The notes under the pieces were generated by a model. That model had not been told where the DNA came from. It saw only the letters and a program-made list of their open reading frames with translations, and did no database searches. A program made the translations under genes and the position numbers. A stretch of DNA of 64,000 nt from an uncultured Rhodospirillaceae bacterium (GTDB taxonomy: Bacteria; Pseudomonadota; Alphaproteobacteria; MPNO01; UBA830), in assembly GCA_963977005.1 (NCBI GenBank), contig CAXBMQ010000024.1, forward strand, positions 1,050 to 65,049, given 5' to 3'. Of this stretch, positions 1 through 9,250 are shown one piece after another; position 1 is the stretch's first letter; each line of letters opens with the position of its first letter.

Positions 1-1
1 C

Positions 2-352
2 GCGCTTACCGAGCGCGAAGTCGAGCTTACGATCGTTATCATCGCAACGCACTGGCAGGGCGAATACGTTCAGGCCGCGCACGTCAAGATGTGCCTCGGT
101 CTCGGCTATCCGCAAGCGGCGATGGACGCGATCAAGGCCGGCCGCACACCCGACCTGCCCGATGCGCGCGAAAAGGCGGTCTACGACCTGTGCCAGATCG
201 CGATGGCGCCGGGGGGCGGATCGGACGAGGTGTACGACCGGGCGGCAGAGCTTCTCGGTCGCGACGGGCTCGCCGAGGTGCTGGCGCTTCTCGGATATTA
301 CTCGGCCGTCGCGATGGCGATGAAGCTCCACCGGGTGCCGGTGCCAAGGTAG
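2..352 (+). CDS. Carboxymuconolactone decarboxylase/AhpD-like protein (5'-truncated by window)
   Basis: Frame is open from position 2 (ALTEREVELTIVIIATHWQGEYVQAAH...) through LGRDGLAEVLALLGYYS, a typical CMD-family helical pattern. Confidence 0.7.
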   Translation, partial: ALTEREVELTIVIIATHWQGEYVQAAHVKMCLGLGYPQAAMDAIKAGRTPDLPDAREKAVYDLCQIAMAPGGGSDEVYDRAAELLGRDGLAEVLALLGYYSAVAMAMKLHRVPVPR

Positions 353-453
353 ATTGCCGGTTCTGCCGCCCCGCGATTGCATTTGTGGTTTTTCGGTGGA
401 AAAATATCCGCTGCATTTAAATACCGATTACGCCAGACAAGGAAGGAAAGCCG

Positions 454-1587
454 ATGGCCCCCGATTCAAACTCCGGACCCGCGCTGATCGGGATCGAACC
501 GACGATATACCCCGATAACGACCTCACACAACGGCCCTTGGCCCGCTCGAAGTTCCTGAAAAACACATGGTATGTGGCCATGCCGTCGCAGGAGCTAAAG
601 GAAGGTGAGATCGTGCACCGCACGCTTCTCAACCAGCCGGTCGCGTTCTACCGCAAGGAAGACGGTAGCGTCGCCGCCATCCGCGACATGTGCCCGCACC
701 GTCAGGTGCCGCTGTCAATGGGCACCCTCCATTCGGGCGACCGGGTACAGTGCATTTATCACGGGCTTGAATTCGGTCCCGATGGCAAGTGCGTGAAGAA
801 CCCGCACGGCAGCCAGAAGATTTCCGACCAGCTGCACCTGCCGGCCTACACGGTGGTGGAAAAGCACATGCTTCTGTGGATCTGGATGGGCGACAAGCCG
901 GCCGATCCCGGCATGATCCCGGATTACAGCGTCATTGATGAAGCACCAGAACTTCACATCACGGATTTCGGGTATCTGAACGCGAAATGCCATTACGGCC
1001 TGATGATCGACAACCTGCTGGATCTGAGCCACATCTGCTTCACCCATGCGGGCATCCTCGGCAATCCGGATACCGCTGAGACCGATCCGGACGTGACCGT
1101 CGAGGGCGACACCGTCACCGTGTCCCGCTATTCCGAGGATGCGGAAACGCCCGGCATGATCAAGATGTTCACCGACGATCCGGAACTGCAGGCGCGCGGC
1201 GAACAGTGGACGTCGATCACATGGTACCCTGCCTCGAACCTGTTGCTGAATTTCGGCGCCTGCAAAATCGGCGACTCCCGGGAAAACGGCACCGGCTACA
1301 TGGCGCTCCACTGGCTGACGCCGGAAACCGACCGTACGACACATTACTACTACTGCGCCGCACGCTGGGGCGTGCAGACCGACGACGAACGCAACAAGGA
1401 GCTCCGCGAGCTGATCTACAAGATGCGGACCTTCGCTTTCGCCGACCAGGACATGCCCGTGATCGCGGCCCAGCAGGTGGCTCAGGATTCGCTTGACCAT
1501 GAGCCGAACCCGGCGAAACTCAGCATCGATGCGGGTCCCAACGCGTACGAAAAGATCCTCAACCGGCTGATCGCCGAAGAAAGCTAA
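454..1587 (+). CDS. Rieske non-heme iron oxygenase alpha subunit (VanA/O-demethylase-like)
   Basis: Rieske motif CPH...CIYHG; mononuclear Fe motif DNLLDLSHICFTH; GGAAGG RBS. Confidence 0.9.
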   Translation: MAPDSNSGPALIGIEPTIYPDNDLTQRPLARSKFLKNTWYVAMPSQELKEGEIVHRTLLNQPVAFYRKEDGSVAAIRDMCPHRQVPLSMGTLHSGDRVQCIYHGLEFGPDGKCVKNPHGSQKISDQLHLPAYTVVEKHMLLWIWMGDKPADPGMIPDYSVIDEAPELHITDFGYLNAKCHYGLMIDNLLDLSHICFTHAGILGNPDTAETDPDVTVEGDTVTVSRYSEDAETPGMIKMFTDDPELQARGEQWTSITWYPASNLLLNFGACKIGDSRENGTGYMALHWLTPETDRTTHYYYCAARWGVQTDDERNKELRELIYKMRTFAFADQDMPVIAAQQVAQDSLDHEPNPAKLSIDAGPNAYEKILNRLIAEES

Positions 1588-1611
1588 ACCGGCATCAATA
1601 TCCGGCCAGCT

Positions 1612-1643
1612 AAAACGGCGGTCTCTCGGGGCCGCCGTTTTTT
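1612..1643 (+). terminator. Rho-independent terminator
   Basis: AAAACGGCGG-tctctcgggg-CCGCCGTTTT followed by extra Ts, just after the stop. Confidence 0.8.
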
Positions 1644-1875
1644 GCGACTGCTGACCGGCTCCCCGGTAATTACGGTTGAGACTGCCACCCTCACTCCGCC
1701 CAAAAAAGCCGTAATCAGGCACCGGAAAGGGGCTGTTATAGTTAACGCGAAAAATATCTAACTTCTTGTAATAAAATCTCTTTTTCCGTTATAGTAGCAA
1801 TGGCTCCCTAGGGCTGCGAACATTTCGGGCTTATCCGTGAATGTTAGGTATAAACCGCGTTGTAGAGTAAATTTC

Positions 1876-2688
1876 ATGCTCAGAAAAATTTTCCGCCTGA
1901 TTCCCGCCACCCTGACCGCCTGCGTCGCCTGTGTGTTCGCGCTTGGCGCCCATGCGGGTTCGATTACCCTGGATTTCGATGCGGTCGGTGACGGCGCAAT
2001 CGTCTCCGACGGCACCAGTTCGACGGGCGCGTATAGCGGCATCTCGATCTCGGCGCGCAATGCGGGTAGCGGTCCGGACCTCGCGGTCGCCTATGACAGC
2101 GGCGGCGCCATCGGGCACGACAACGACCTCGAAGAAAACCGCTACGCATCGCGCTTTACCAATGCCGCGACGGGCACCGGCGGTTTTACCGGGTTCGGCA
2201 ATGTTCTAGTGGTTCAGGAAAACAGCGTCGGTTGCGGCACAGGCGGGGTGTGCGACCGGCCGGATGACGATGCCGGCGGCGGGTCTTTGCGCTTCGCCTT
2301 CGACGACGTTCACCTGCTCGAAAGCTTCGATTATTTCGACATCGACGGATCGCCCGACCAGCAGGCGGAAACCATGGCCGTGAAACTGTTCCTGTCCGAC
2401 GGTTTCGGATGGACGGATACGGTCAACGGAACGGACGTGCTGCTCCTCGACGACCTGCTGTCGACCGGCGGCGATAACACCTTCCGGACACATGTGCTCG
2501 ACAACCCGCTGGCCGTTTTCGGTATCGAGTTCCAATTCTCCAGCTCGGGTGCCATCGACAACCTCGTGCTCGACACGCTTATCACGTCGACGGAAGTTCC
2601 GGCGCCGGCGACGATGCTGGTCTTCGTTACCGGCCTGCTTGGTCTGGGCGCGCTGGCGCGACGCCATCGGGCATCTGCCGCCGCGTAA
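1876..2688 (+). CDS. PEP-CTERM (VPAP-type) sorting-domain surface protein
   Basis: N-terminal signal peptide (...ALGAHA); C-terminal VPAPATMLVFVTGLLGLGALARR is the motif + TM helix + basic tail; ATG 1876 preferred over GTG 1837. Confidence 0.85.
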   Translation: MLRKIFRLIPATLTACVACVFALGAHAGSITLDFDAVGDGAIVSDGTSSTGAYSGISISARNAGSGPDLAVAYDSGGAIGHDNDLEENRYASRFTNAATGTGGFTGFGNVLVVQENSVGCGTGGVCDRPDDDAGGGSLRFAFDDVHLLESFDYFDIDGSPDQQAETMAVKLFLSDGFGWTDTVNGTDVLLLDDLLSTGGDNTFRTHVLDNPLAVFGIEFQFSSSGAIDNLVLDTLITSTEVPAPATMLVFVTGLLGLGALARRHRASAAA

Positions 2689-2815
2689 ATCATACCTGCG
2701 GTCGCGCGAGCCCTGTCGACGGGGCGCTCTTTCATTTTTCATATATCCGATACCCGAGTTGCCCGCCGATCCGAATTGAGCCACCTTCGGCTCTAATGCG
2801 TCTGGAGGGAGAAGC

Positions 2816-3619
2816 ATGGGGAACCCGCGTCATACGGCAAGATTCGATCTGACAGGAAAGTCCGCGCTGGTCGTCGGCGCGGCCGGCACCTTCGGGCGCG
2901 CCGGTGCCTTGGCGCTCGGCGAGGCAGGCGCCAGGCTGACCGTCGCCGATCAGGACACCGCAAACATCAACGCCGTCGCCGGCGACCTGTCGGATGCGGG
3001 CATTGCGGCCAGCGCCGTCGCCTTGTGGCCCGACTGCGAGGCAAATGCGGCGAAGATCGTCCAGGCCGCCGTCGATGCCCATGGCAGGCTGGACATCGTG
3101 TTCATTGCCCTGGGCACGAACGATGTCGCCTTTGTCGAAGATCAATCCGAAGACGGCTGGCGCAAGGTCATGGACGCCAATCTCGATAGCTACTGGCGTA
3201 CCTGCCAGGCCGCCGGGCGGCAGTTTGCCCGCCAGCCCGCCGCGGACGACCGGTACAAGATCACGGTCGCGTCCTCGACACGGGGCAGGCTGGGGCATCC
3301 CAGCGGATATGCCGCCTACTGCGCATCCAAATCGGGCCTGGACGGCATGGTCAGGGCGCTTTCCGGAGAGTGGGGACCAAAGAACATCAACATCAACGCC
3401 ATCGGGCCGACCGTCTTCCGCTCGCCGGTAAGCGAATGGATGTTCGACGAAGAAGGACCCGGCAAGGCCGTGCGCGACAACATGCTGCAGCGGATTCCCA
3501 TCGGCCGGCTCGGCGATGTCGACGACCTGATGGGCGGGCTGGTCTACCTGTCGTCGCCCGCGTCGGATTTCATGACGGGCCAGACGATCTATATCGACGG
3601 CGGGTATACCGCGATCTGA
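2816..3619 (+). CDS. SDR family oxidoreductase (gluconate 5-dehydrogenase-like)
   Basis: VGAAGTFG nucleotide-binding motif, catalytic YCASK, C-terminal TGQTIYIDGG; GGAG RBS. Confidence 0.9.
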   Translation: MGNPRHTARFDLTGKSALVVGAAGTFGRAGALALGEAGARLTVADQDTANINAVAGDLSDAGIAASAVALWPDCEANAAKIVQAAVDAHGRLDIVFIALGTNDVAFVEDQSEDGWRKVMDANLDSYWRTCQAAGRQFARQPAADDRYKITVASSTRGRLGHPSGYAAYCASKSGLDGMVRALSGEWGPKNININAIGPTVFRSPVSEWMFDEEGPGKAVRDNMLQRIPIGRLGDVDDLMGGLVYLSSPASDFMTGQTIYIDGGYTAI

Positions 3620-3638
3620 CCGCCCTGCCCGCGATGCA

Positions 3639-4874
3639 CTAGCCGTGCCTGGTCCGGTGACGCTGGTGGTACGGCACCATGGCGGTCTGCGCCAGCCGGT
3701 TCAGCGACGGCTCATCGCTTTCCATCGAAGCGTCCCGGATCGCGACAAGAACCTTGCCGAGCGTCGTCTCCCCCCATAGCCAGTTGGCGACCTCAACGTC
3801 GCTTGATCGCTGGTCGGGCCGGGCGATGGCCGCTTCGGTGTAAAAATACCGCATATCATCCGCCATACGCTTGAAGCCGACACCCAGGGGCAGGCCTTCC
3901 AGTGGCGGCGCGGTGCCTGCCGGATCGACGAGAACATCGGCGATCACGCGGGCGATCTCCTCCGGCGTCTTGCCGGAAATCCCGAACGCCGAACGCTTGA
4001 ACGATTTCACCGCTTCTTCGTACCACGGCCGCAGCAGATTCACCTCCTGCAGCAGCGACCGGTAGACCAGATCGGCATCGCCGAGATCGTCCGCAGGGGC
4101 TGCGAAATTAACGGGGCAGGCCCAGCCTTCTGTATCGTCATCGGCTCCCGCATCGGGCGGCGGATCGGGAAAATCCTCGAGCACGGGTCCGGCAGGCTTT
4201 TCAAGAAGCTTGAGGACCTCGAGCAATACCCGGCGCTGAAATTCAGGTTCGTTTGGCGCCCCAAGCGGGCGGCCGAGTTCGAACGGCACGGCAAGCGCGC
4301 GCGGCGGCTTCATCTTTTCCGTGTGCGTCCGGATCAGGCTGATCTGGGTGGTCGGAATGCCTTCCTCTTCGATGATATGTGCAAGCCCGCCCACGGCGCG
4401 CGTACATTGCGGTCAGACCGGGACCAGCAGGACCGCATCGACCCGGCCCTGTTTGAGCAACCCGGCCAGGTCGCGCGCGACCGGTTCCATCACCGCCGGC
4501 GGCGTCGCCCCCATGAACGAGTAATGACGGGCGGCAGCCGATCCGATCGTGCCATCGTCGACCAGCTCGTGCAGCCGATCGACCGGAAACGACGTGTTGA
4601 CGTCCTGAAAGAAACCGGTGCGGTCGAAATTGGTCGACACATGGCTCATCACCAGGTCGTCCATATCCGCATCGTCGGGAATCACCCGGTAATCGCCGGC
4701 ACCGGGCACGAAGGGCGAATCCTCGCGGCGATGCAGCCCCGCCGTGCTGATGATGGCAACCCTGCTCTCTGCCAGCGGCTTGGCCACAACCCAAGGCGTC
4801 GTCTCGTAGTCCGGCAGATCCTGATTGACCAACGCGTCGCGCAGGTGTTCCGGCATTTCGTGCAGATGAACCAT
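3639..4874 (-). CDS. Putative selenoprotein: PrdB/GrdB-like (glycine/betaine/sarcosine/D-proline reductase selenoprotein B) domain plus C-terminal extension, 411 aa, Sec at codon 154 (UGA 4413-4415)
   Basis: ORFs 4413-4874 and 3639-4394 share a frame; read-through gives VLLVPV-U-PQCTRAVGGLAHIIEEEGIPT; PrdB-like motifs RVAIISTAGLH, FPVDRL, HYSFMG. Confidence 0.85.
4377..4407 (-). promoter_or_regulatory. Candidate bacterial SECIS hairpin
   Basis: mRNA +6..+36 after UGA: AUGUAC-GCGCGCC-GUG-GGCGGGC-UUGCACAU; apical loop begins G-U at +19. Confidence 0.6.
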
Positions 4875-5035
4875 TATGTCTCCAGGGCAATTTCTTGTCG
4901 CGGGCGTATCCTACAACAAGGGGCTTTTACCTACACGCACAAGTCTTGTTCAGATCTCCATCCCAGAGGAATCGCGATAAGGGGGCGGCGATATGGAATA
5001 ATACCCGGAAACAAGCCTGCCGGTACGACGTTCAG

Positions 5036-6388
5036 ATGCCTCCGCAATCCCCCTTCCTGACCGCCCCGATCGGGCCGACGATCATCCGCCTCGCGGCACC
5101 GAACATGATCGCCATGCTCGTGACCATGATCACCCTGATGGCGGAGGCCTGGTATGTCAGCCGGCTCGGCACGGTCTCGCTGGCGGGCCTGGCCCTGGCT
5201 TTTCCGATGATGATGCTGACCATGTTCCTGTCGGCGGGTTCCATCGGCGGCGCGATCACAGGATCTGTGGCCCAGCGTCTCGGCGCCGGCGACCGCGACG
5301 GCGCCGAAGTGCTTGCCTTCCATGCCGTGCTTCTGGCGGTCGGACTGGCGGTCGTATCGGCCGTGATTTTCCTCACAGGCGGCCCCGCGATCTATGGCGC
5401 ACTCGGCGGCACCGACGCCGTTCTGCGCGAGGCGCTGGCCTATTCCGACGTGCTGTTCTGGGGGGTGGCCAGCATGTGGCTGGCGAATGCCCTCGCCGCC
5501 ATCGTCCGTGCGACGGGGCACATGAAAATTGCGGCGAAATACCTGGTAGCGGGATCTGTCGTCCAGATCGCGGCGGCGGGCGTTCTGGTGCTGGGTATCG
5601 GTCCGTTTCCCGGGCTCGGCATCGGCGGTGCGGCGGCCGGGGTCGTGATCGGTCATGGCGTCGCTGCCTTGCTGTTGTTTTACCATCTGACGACCCGATG
5701 CCAGGAACTGCGCCTCCGCTTCACCGGGATTGCCGTCAGAACCGCGCCGATGGCGGCTATTCTGAAAGTCGGCGCTTTGTCGTCGGTGAACTCCTTCTGC
5801 TCGCTGGCAGCCATCATCATCATCACCGCCTTCATGGCGCGGTTCGGCGTCGATATTCTTGCCGGATACGGGGTCGGCTCACGGCTCGAATTCCTCATTA
5901 TTCCCCTCATCTTCGGATTCGGGGCGGCCTCCACCGCCCTGGTCGGGGTCCATTTCGGCGCCGACAAAATCGAGCGGGCACACCGCTTCGGCTGGACGGC
6001 CGCGATGTACAGCGCCGCCATGTGCGGTTTGATCGGCGTAGCCGCGGCGCTTTTTCCGGGCGTGTGGACGAACCTGTTTACGGAAGCCGAAGCCGTGCGC
6101 GCGGCAAGCAACGGCTACCTGCAGATCGCCGGGCCGTTCTATGCCTTCTTCGGCCTGGCGTTGTGCCTGTATTTCGGCTCGCAAGGGGCTGGACGGGTAC
6201 TTTGGCCGGTCATTGCGGCGCTCCTGCGCGTCGTTGTTGTGCTTGTCGGCGGGATCGTTCTGTTGCGCAGCGAAAGCCCCGACCCTGCCGATTTCTTCTG
6301 GTTGATCGCGGCCGGCATGGCGACCCAGGCGATTGTCTCGGGTGTGGCCATCCGGTTCGGCGCCTGGACCCGGGGCCTCGACCGCTAG
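5036..6388 (+). CDS. MATE family efflux transporter
   Basis: About 12 hydrophobic segments; IIRLAAP, AGYGVGSRLE, VGVHFGA motifs; start at ATG 5036 inferred. Confidence 0.88.
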   Translation: MPPQSPFLTAPIGPTIIRLAAPNMIAMLVTMITLMAEAWYVSRLGTVSLAGLALAFPMMMLTMFLSAGSIGGAITGSVAQRLGAGDRDGAEVLAFHAVLLAVGLAVVSAVIFLTGGPAIYGALGGTDAVLREALAYSDVLFWGVASMWLANALAAIVRATGHMKIAAKYLVAGSVVQIAAAGVLVLGIGPFPGLGIGGAAAGVVIGHGVAALLLFYHLTTRCQELRLRFTGIAVRTAPMAAILKVGALSSVNSFCSLAAIIIITAFMARFGVDILAGYGVGSRLEFLIIPLIFGFGAASTALVGVHFGADKIERAHRFGWTAAMYSAAMCGLIGVAAALFPGVWTNLFTEAEAVRAASNGYLQIAGPFYAFFGLALCLYFGSQGAGRVLWPVIAALLRVVVVLVGGIVLLRSESPDPADFFWLIAAGMATQAIVSGVAIRFGAWTRGLDR

Positions 6389-6478
6389 ACTTTCGCCGGC
6401 CTGCGCTCCCGGCTCTCGCGGACAATCCGCGATCGAATGAACCCCGTATCACCGCAACCTGACCGGAAACCCTCAGGA

Positions 6479-6493
6479 TTAAGCGGTTTTTAA
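6479..6493. promoter_or_regulatory. CtrA-type binding site
   Basis: Perfect TTAA-gcggttt-TTAA (TTAA-N7-TTAA) in the intergenic region upstream of the TBDR operon. Confidence 0.55.
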
Positions 6494-6572
6494 GCAAAAT
6501 TTGTCAGAAATGCCGCTGCATAGCTGTGCGCAGATTTCTGCCAATTCTGGCCTAGCCCCGGGGGCTTATTCC

Positions 6573-8633
6573 ATGTCGATGTCTTGTCTTCTCCGCCGGT
6601 TGAATCGGGGCCGCGCCGCGTCCGTCACGAGGCCCCCGTTCGGACGCGGAGCCCTACGCTCTCTGCCGCTTTCGGTGGCTCTGACGGTTGTGTTCTGCGC
6701 GCTTTCGGCAGGCGCACAACAGGCAGAAAGCGACCTGACGCGGCTGTCGCTCGAACAGCTCATGGATATCAAGATCACGTCTGTCGCGAAGAAACCGCAA
6801 CGGGTGTCGCAATCGGCGGCAGCGGTCCACGTGATTACCAGCGAGGATATCCGGCGATCGGGCGCGACCAGTATCCCCGAACTCCTGCGCAACGTGCCCG
6901 GCCTGAACGTCGGGAAGATCGACGCCAACAAATGGGCTATTTCGGCGCGCGGCTTCAACGGCCTCTTTTCGAACAAGCTGCTCGTTCTGATGGATGGCAG
7001 AAGCGTCTATACGCCCTTGTTCTCCGGCGTTTTCTGGGACGTCCAGGATACGTTTCTCGACGACATCGAACGGATCGAGGTCGTGCGCGGCCCCGGCGGC
7101 AGCCTGTGGGGGGCGAACGCGGTCAATGGCGTGATCAATATCATCACCAAAAACACCGAAGAGACGACGGGTACGCTGGTCAGAGGCATTCACGGCACCG
7201 AAGAGAAAGTGAATATCGCCGGCCGCTTCGGACAGGCAATCGACGACCGGTCGAACCTCCGCCTGTTCGCCAAGAACTTCCGGCGGGACGGCGGCGTGCT
7301 CGCCAATGGCAACGACGCCGACGACGACTGGAGCATGCAGCGCGGCGGATTCCGCTATGACAGAAAGCCGGCTTCCGGCGGCAGCTTCATGCTGCAGGGC
7401 GAGGTGTATTTCGGCCAGAACGGACAGCTCGTTGCACTGCCCACGCTGACGGCACCGTTTGCCGAAGTGACCAGCGACGACACCAAGGTGGAAGGACAGT
7501 TTTTGCTGGGCCGCTGGCAGAATGCCTCGGATTTCACCCTGCAGGCCTATTTCGACCGGGCAATCCGCGACGACATCCATGTCGGCTCGGGCACGCGCAC
7601 ATTCGATGTGGACCTGCAGAAACGGTACAACTCATTGCGGTCCCACGACATAATCGTCGGCGGCGGATACCGCTTTACCACCGATTTCACCATCGGAACC
7701 AACCAGGTCTGGTTCGATCCGAAGGACGACGATTACCACCTGTTGAGCGCTTTCGTGAACGACGAGATTTCACTTAGCGACACGCTCAAGCTTGTTCTCG
7801 GCACGAAGGTGGAATTCAACAGTTTTACCGGTTTCGAGATACAGCCCTCGGTACGGTCCTTGTGGAACGTCACACCGGCCCACACGCTCTGGGCCGCTGT
7901 GTCCAGGGCGGTTCGAACACCGTCCCGGGCAGCGGACGCTGCCACCATCAACAATTCAGTGCGTCCGGGCACACCGCCCGTGCAGGCGCGGATACTCGGA
8001 AACGACGACGTCAAATCGGAGGAGCTGACGGCCTTCGAACTCGGGTTCAAGTCCCGCCCGCTGCCCAGCCTGTCGGTCGACGTCGCGGCTTTCTACAACG
8101 TCTACGACCGCCTCGTGACGACCGAACCCGGCACCGCTTTTCTCGAAAACACGCCGGCGCCTGCACATCTCGTTCAACCGCTGCTATTCGCGAACAACAT
8201 GTCTGGCGAGGCGTACGGATTGGAGCTTAGTGCAGACTGGCGCGCGCGTGACTGGTTCAGGGTGCGCGGCAGTTACACACTTTTCGAGCTCGAACTTCAC
8301 CGTAAAGCGGGAACCGGTACGGCCTCGAACGAGGCGGCGGAAAAACGCGATCCGCGTCACCAGCTGTCGTTGACGGCAGAGCTGGATCTGGGATCCGATG
8401 TGGAGCTTGACGCGACATTCCGCGCGGTCGACCGGCTCAGCGAACGGAACATTCGCGGTTATATGACCGCCGATGTCCGTCTTGCCTGGAAGCCCCTGGA
8501 CAATGTGGAACTGTCGCTGGTCGGAAGAAACCTGCTGCAGAGCCAGCAGGCGGAAGCCCGGCCGGAATTTCTCTCGACACAGATTACGGAGGTGGAACGC
8601 AGCTTCTACGGCAGCCTGAAAATCGAATTCTAG
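6573..8633 (+). CDS. TonB-dependent receptor (YfiR-associated type)
   Basis: Plug motifs VITSEDIRRSGATSIPELLRNVPG and IERIEVVRGPGGSLWGANAVNGVINIITK; C-terminal Phe; start uncertain (6501/6573/6579). Confidence 0.92.
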   Translation: MSMSCLLRRLNRGRAASVTRPPFGRGALRSLPLSVALTVVFCALSAGAQQAESDLTRLSLEQLMDIKITSVAKKPQRVSQSAAAVHVITSEDIRRSGATSIPELLRNVPGLNVGKIDANKWAISARGFNGLFSNKLLVLMDGRSVYTPLFSGVFWDVQDTFLDDIERIEVVRGPGGSLWGANAVNGVINIITKNTEETTGTLVRGIHGTEEKVNIAGRFGQAIDDRSNLRLFAKNFRRDGGVLANGNDADDDWSMQRGGFRYDRKPASGGSFMLQGEVYFGQNGQLVALPTLTAPFAEVTSDDTKVEGQFLLGRWQNASDFTLQAYFDRAIRDDIHVGSGTRTFDVDLQKRYNSLRSHDIIVGGGYRFTTDFTIGTNQVWFDPKDDDYHLLSAFVNDEISLSDTLKLVLGTKVEFNSFTGFEIQPSVRSLWNVTPAHTLWAAVSRAVRTPSRAADAATINNSVRPGTPPVQARILGNDDVKSEELTAFELGFKSRPLPSLSVDVAAFYNVYDRLVTTEPGTAFLENTPAPAHLVQPLLFANNMSGEAYGLELSADWRARDWFRVRGSYTLFELELHRKAGTGTASNEAAEKRDPRHQLSLTAELDLGSDVELDATFRAVDRLSERNIRGYMTADVRLAWKPLDNVELSLVGRNLLQSQQAEARPEFLSTQITEVERSFYGSLKIEF

Positions 8634-8681
8634 GCCGGCTTTCAGGACATTTCATTATCCCCGCAATATGACCGATCGGCA

Positions 8682-9248
8682 TTGAACTCTTTGGCAAAAT
8701 TCCGTCACTTCCTTCGTTTCCTGGCTGCAATCGCGCTTGTCGCGACGCTTCTGCAGACCCCGGGCCATGCCATAACGGTATCGGACGAAGATCGTGTCAA
8801 AGCGGCTTTCGTGTTCAACTTCATCAAGTTTGTCGAATGGCCCGAGACGTCTTTCAAAAACCCGGCCGCGTCCCTGAATGTGTGCGTTTGGGGAAGCGAG
8901 GCCGATGCAGATTCAATGGTCGGGCTGCAACGAAAAACCGCCAAGCAGAGGGAACTCAAAGTCGTCGCGGTCAACGCAGCCGAGGAACTGGCGGCGTGTC
9001 ATGTTCTGTTTCTGACCCGGAACAGCCGCAGCAGCTACAGGACCGTACTCCGGTCGATTGCAGATAAAAGCGTCCTGACGGTCAGCGATATCGCCGGTTT
9101 TGCGCAGAGCGGCGGCCTGATCGGCCTGTTCAAATCCGACAATCAGATGCGCTTTGCCATCAATGTCGAGGCAACGCAGAGATCCGGGCTGCGGATGAGT
9201 GCCCAGCTCCTGAAATTCGGCAAAATCGTCTCGGGCGGGGGCCACTGA
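8682..9248 (+). CDS. YfiR family (DUF4154) periplasmic protein
   Basis: Signal peptide; [40 protein letters not shown]; two Cys. Confidence 0.9.
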   Translation: MNSLAKFRHFLRFLAAIALVATLLQTPGHAITVSDEDRVKAAFVFNFIKFVEWPETSFKNPAASLNVCVWGSEADADSMVGLQRKTAKQRELKVVAVNAAEELAACHVLFLTRNSRSSYRTVLRSIADKSVLTVSDIAGFAQSGGLIGLFKSDNQMRFAINVEATQRSGLRMSAQLLKFGKIVSGGGH

Positions 9249-9250
9249 TC

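Noticed and set aside
1801-1817. Possible sigma-54 promoter (TGGC...TGC) before the PEP-CTERM gene
   Set aside because: GG-to-GC spacing is 12 nt, not the strict 10
4413-4415. Nonsense mutation/pseudogene reading of the TGA
   Set aside because: The codon falls exactly at the family's Sec position, with xxC and a SECIS-like hairpin following; recoding fits better
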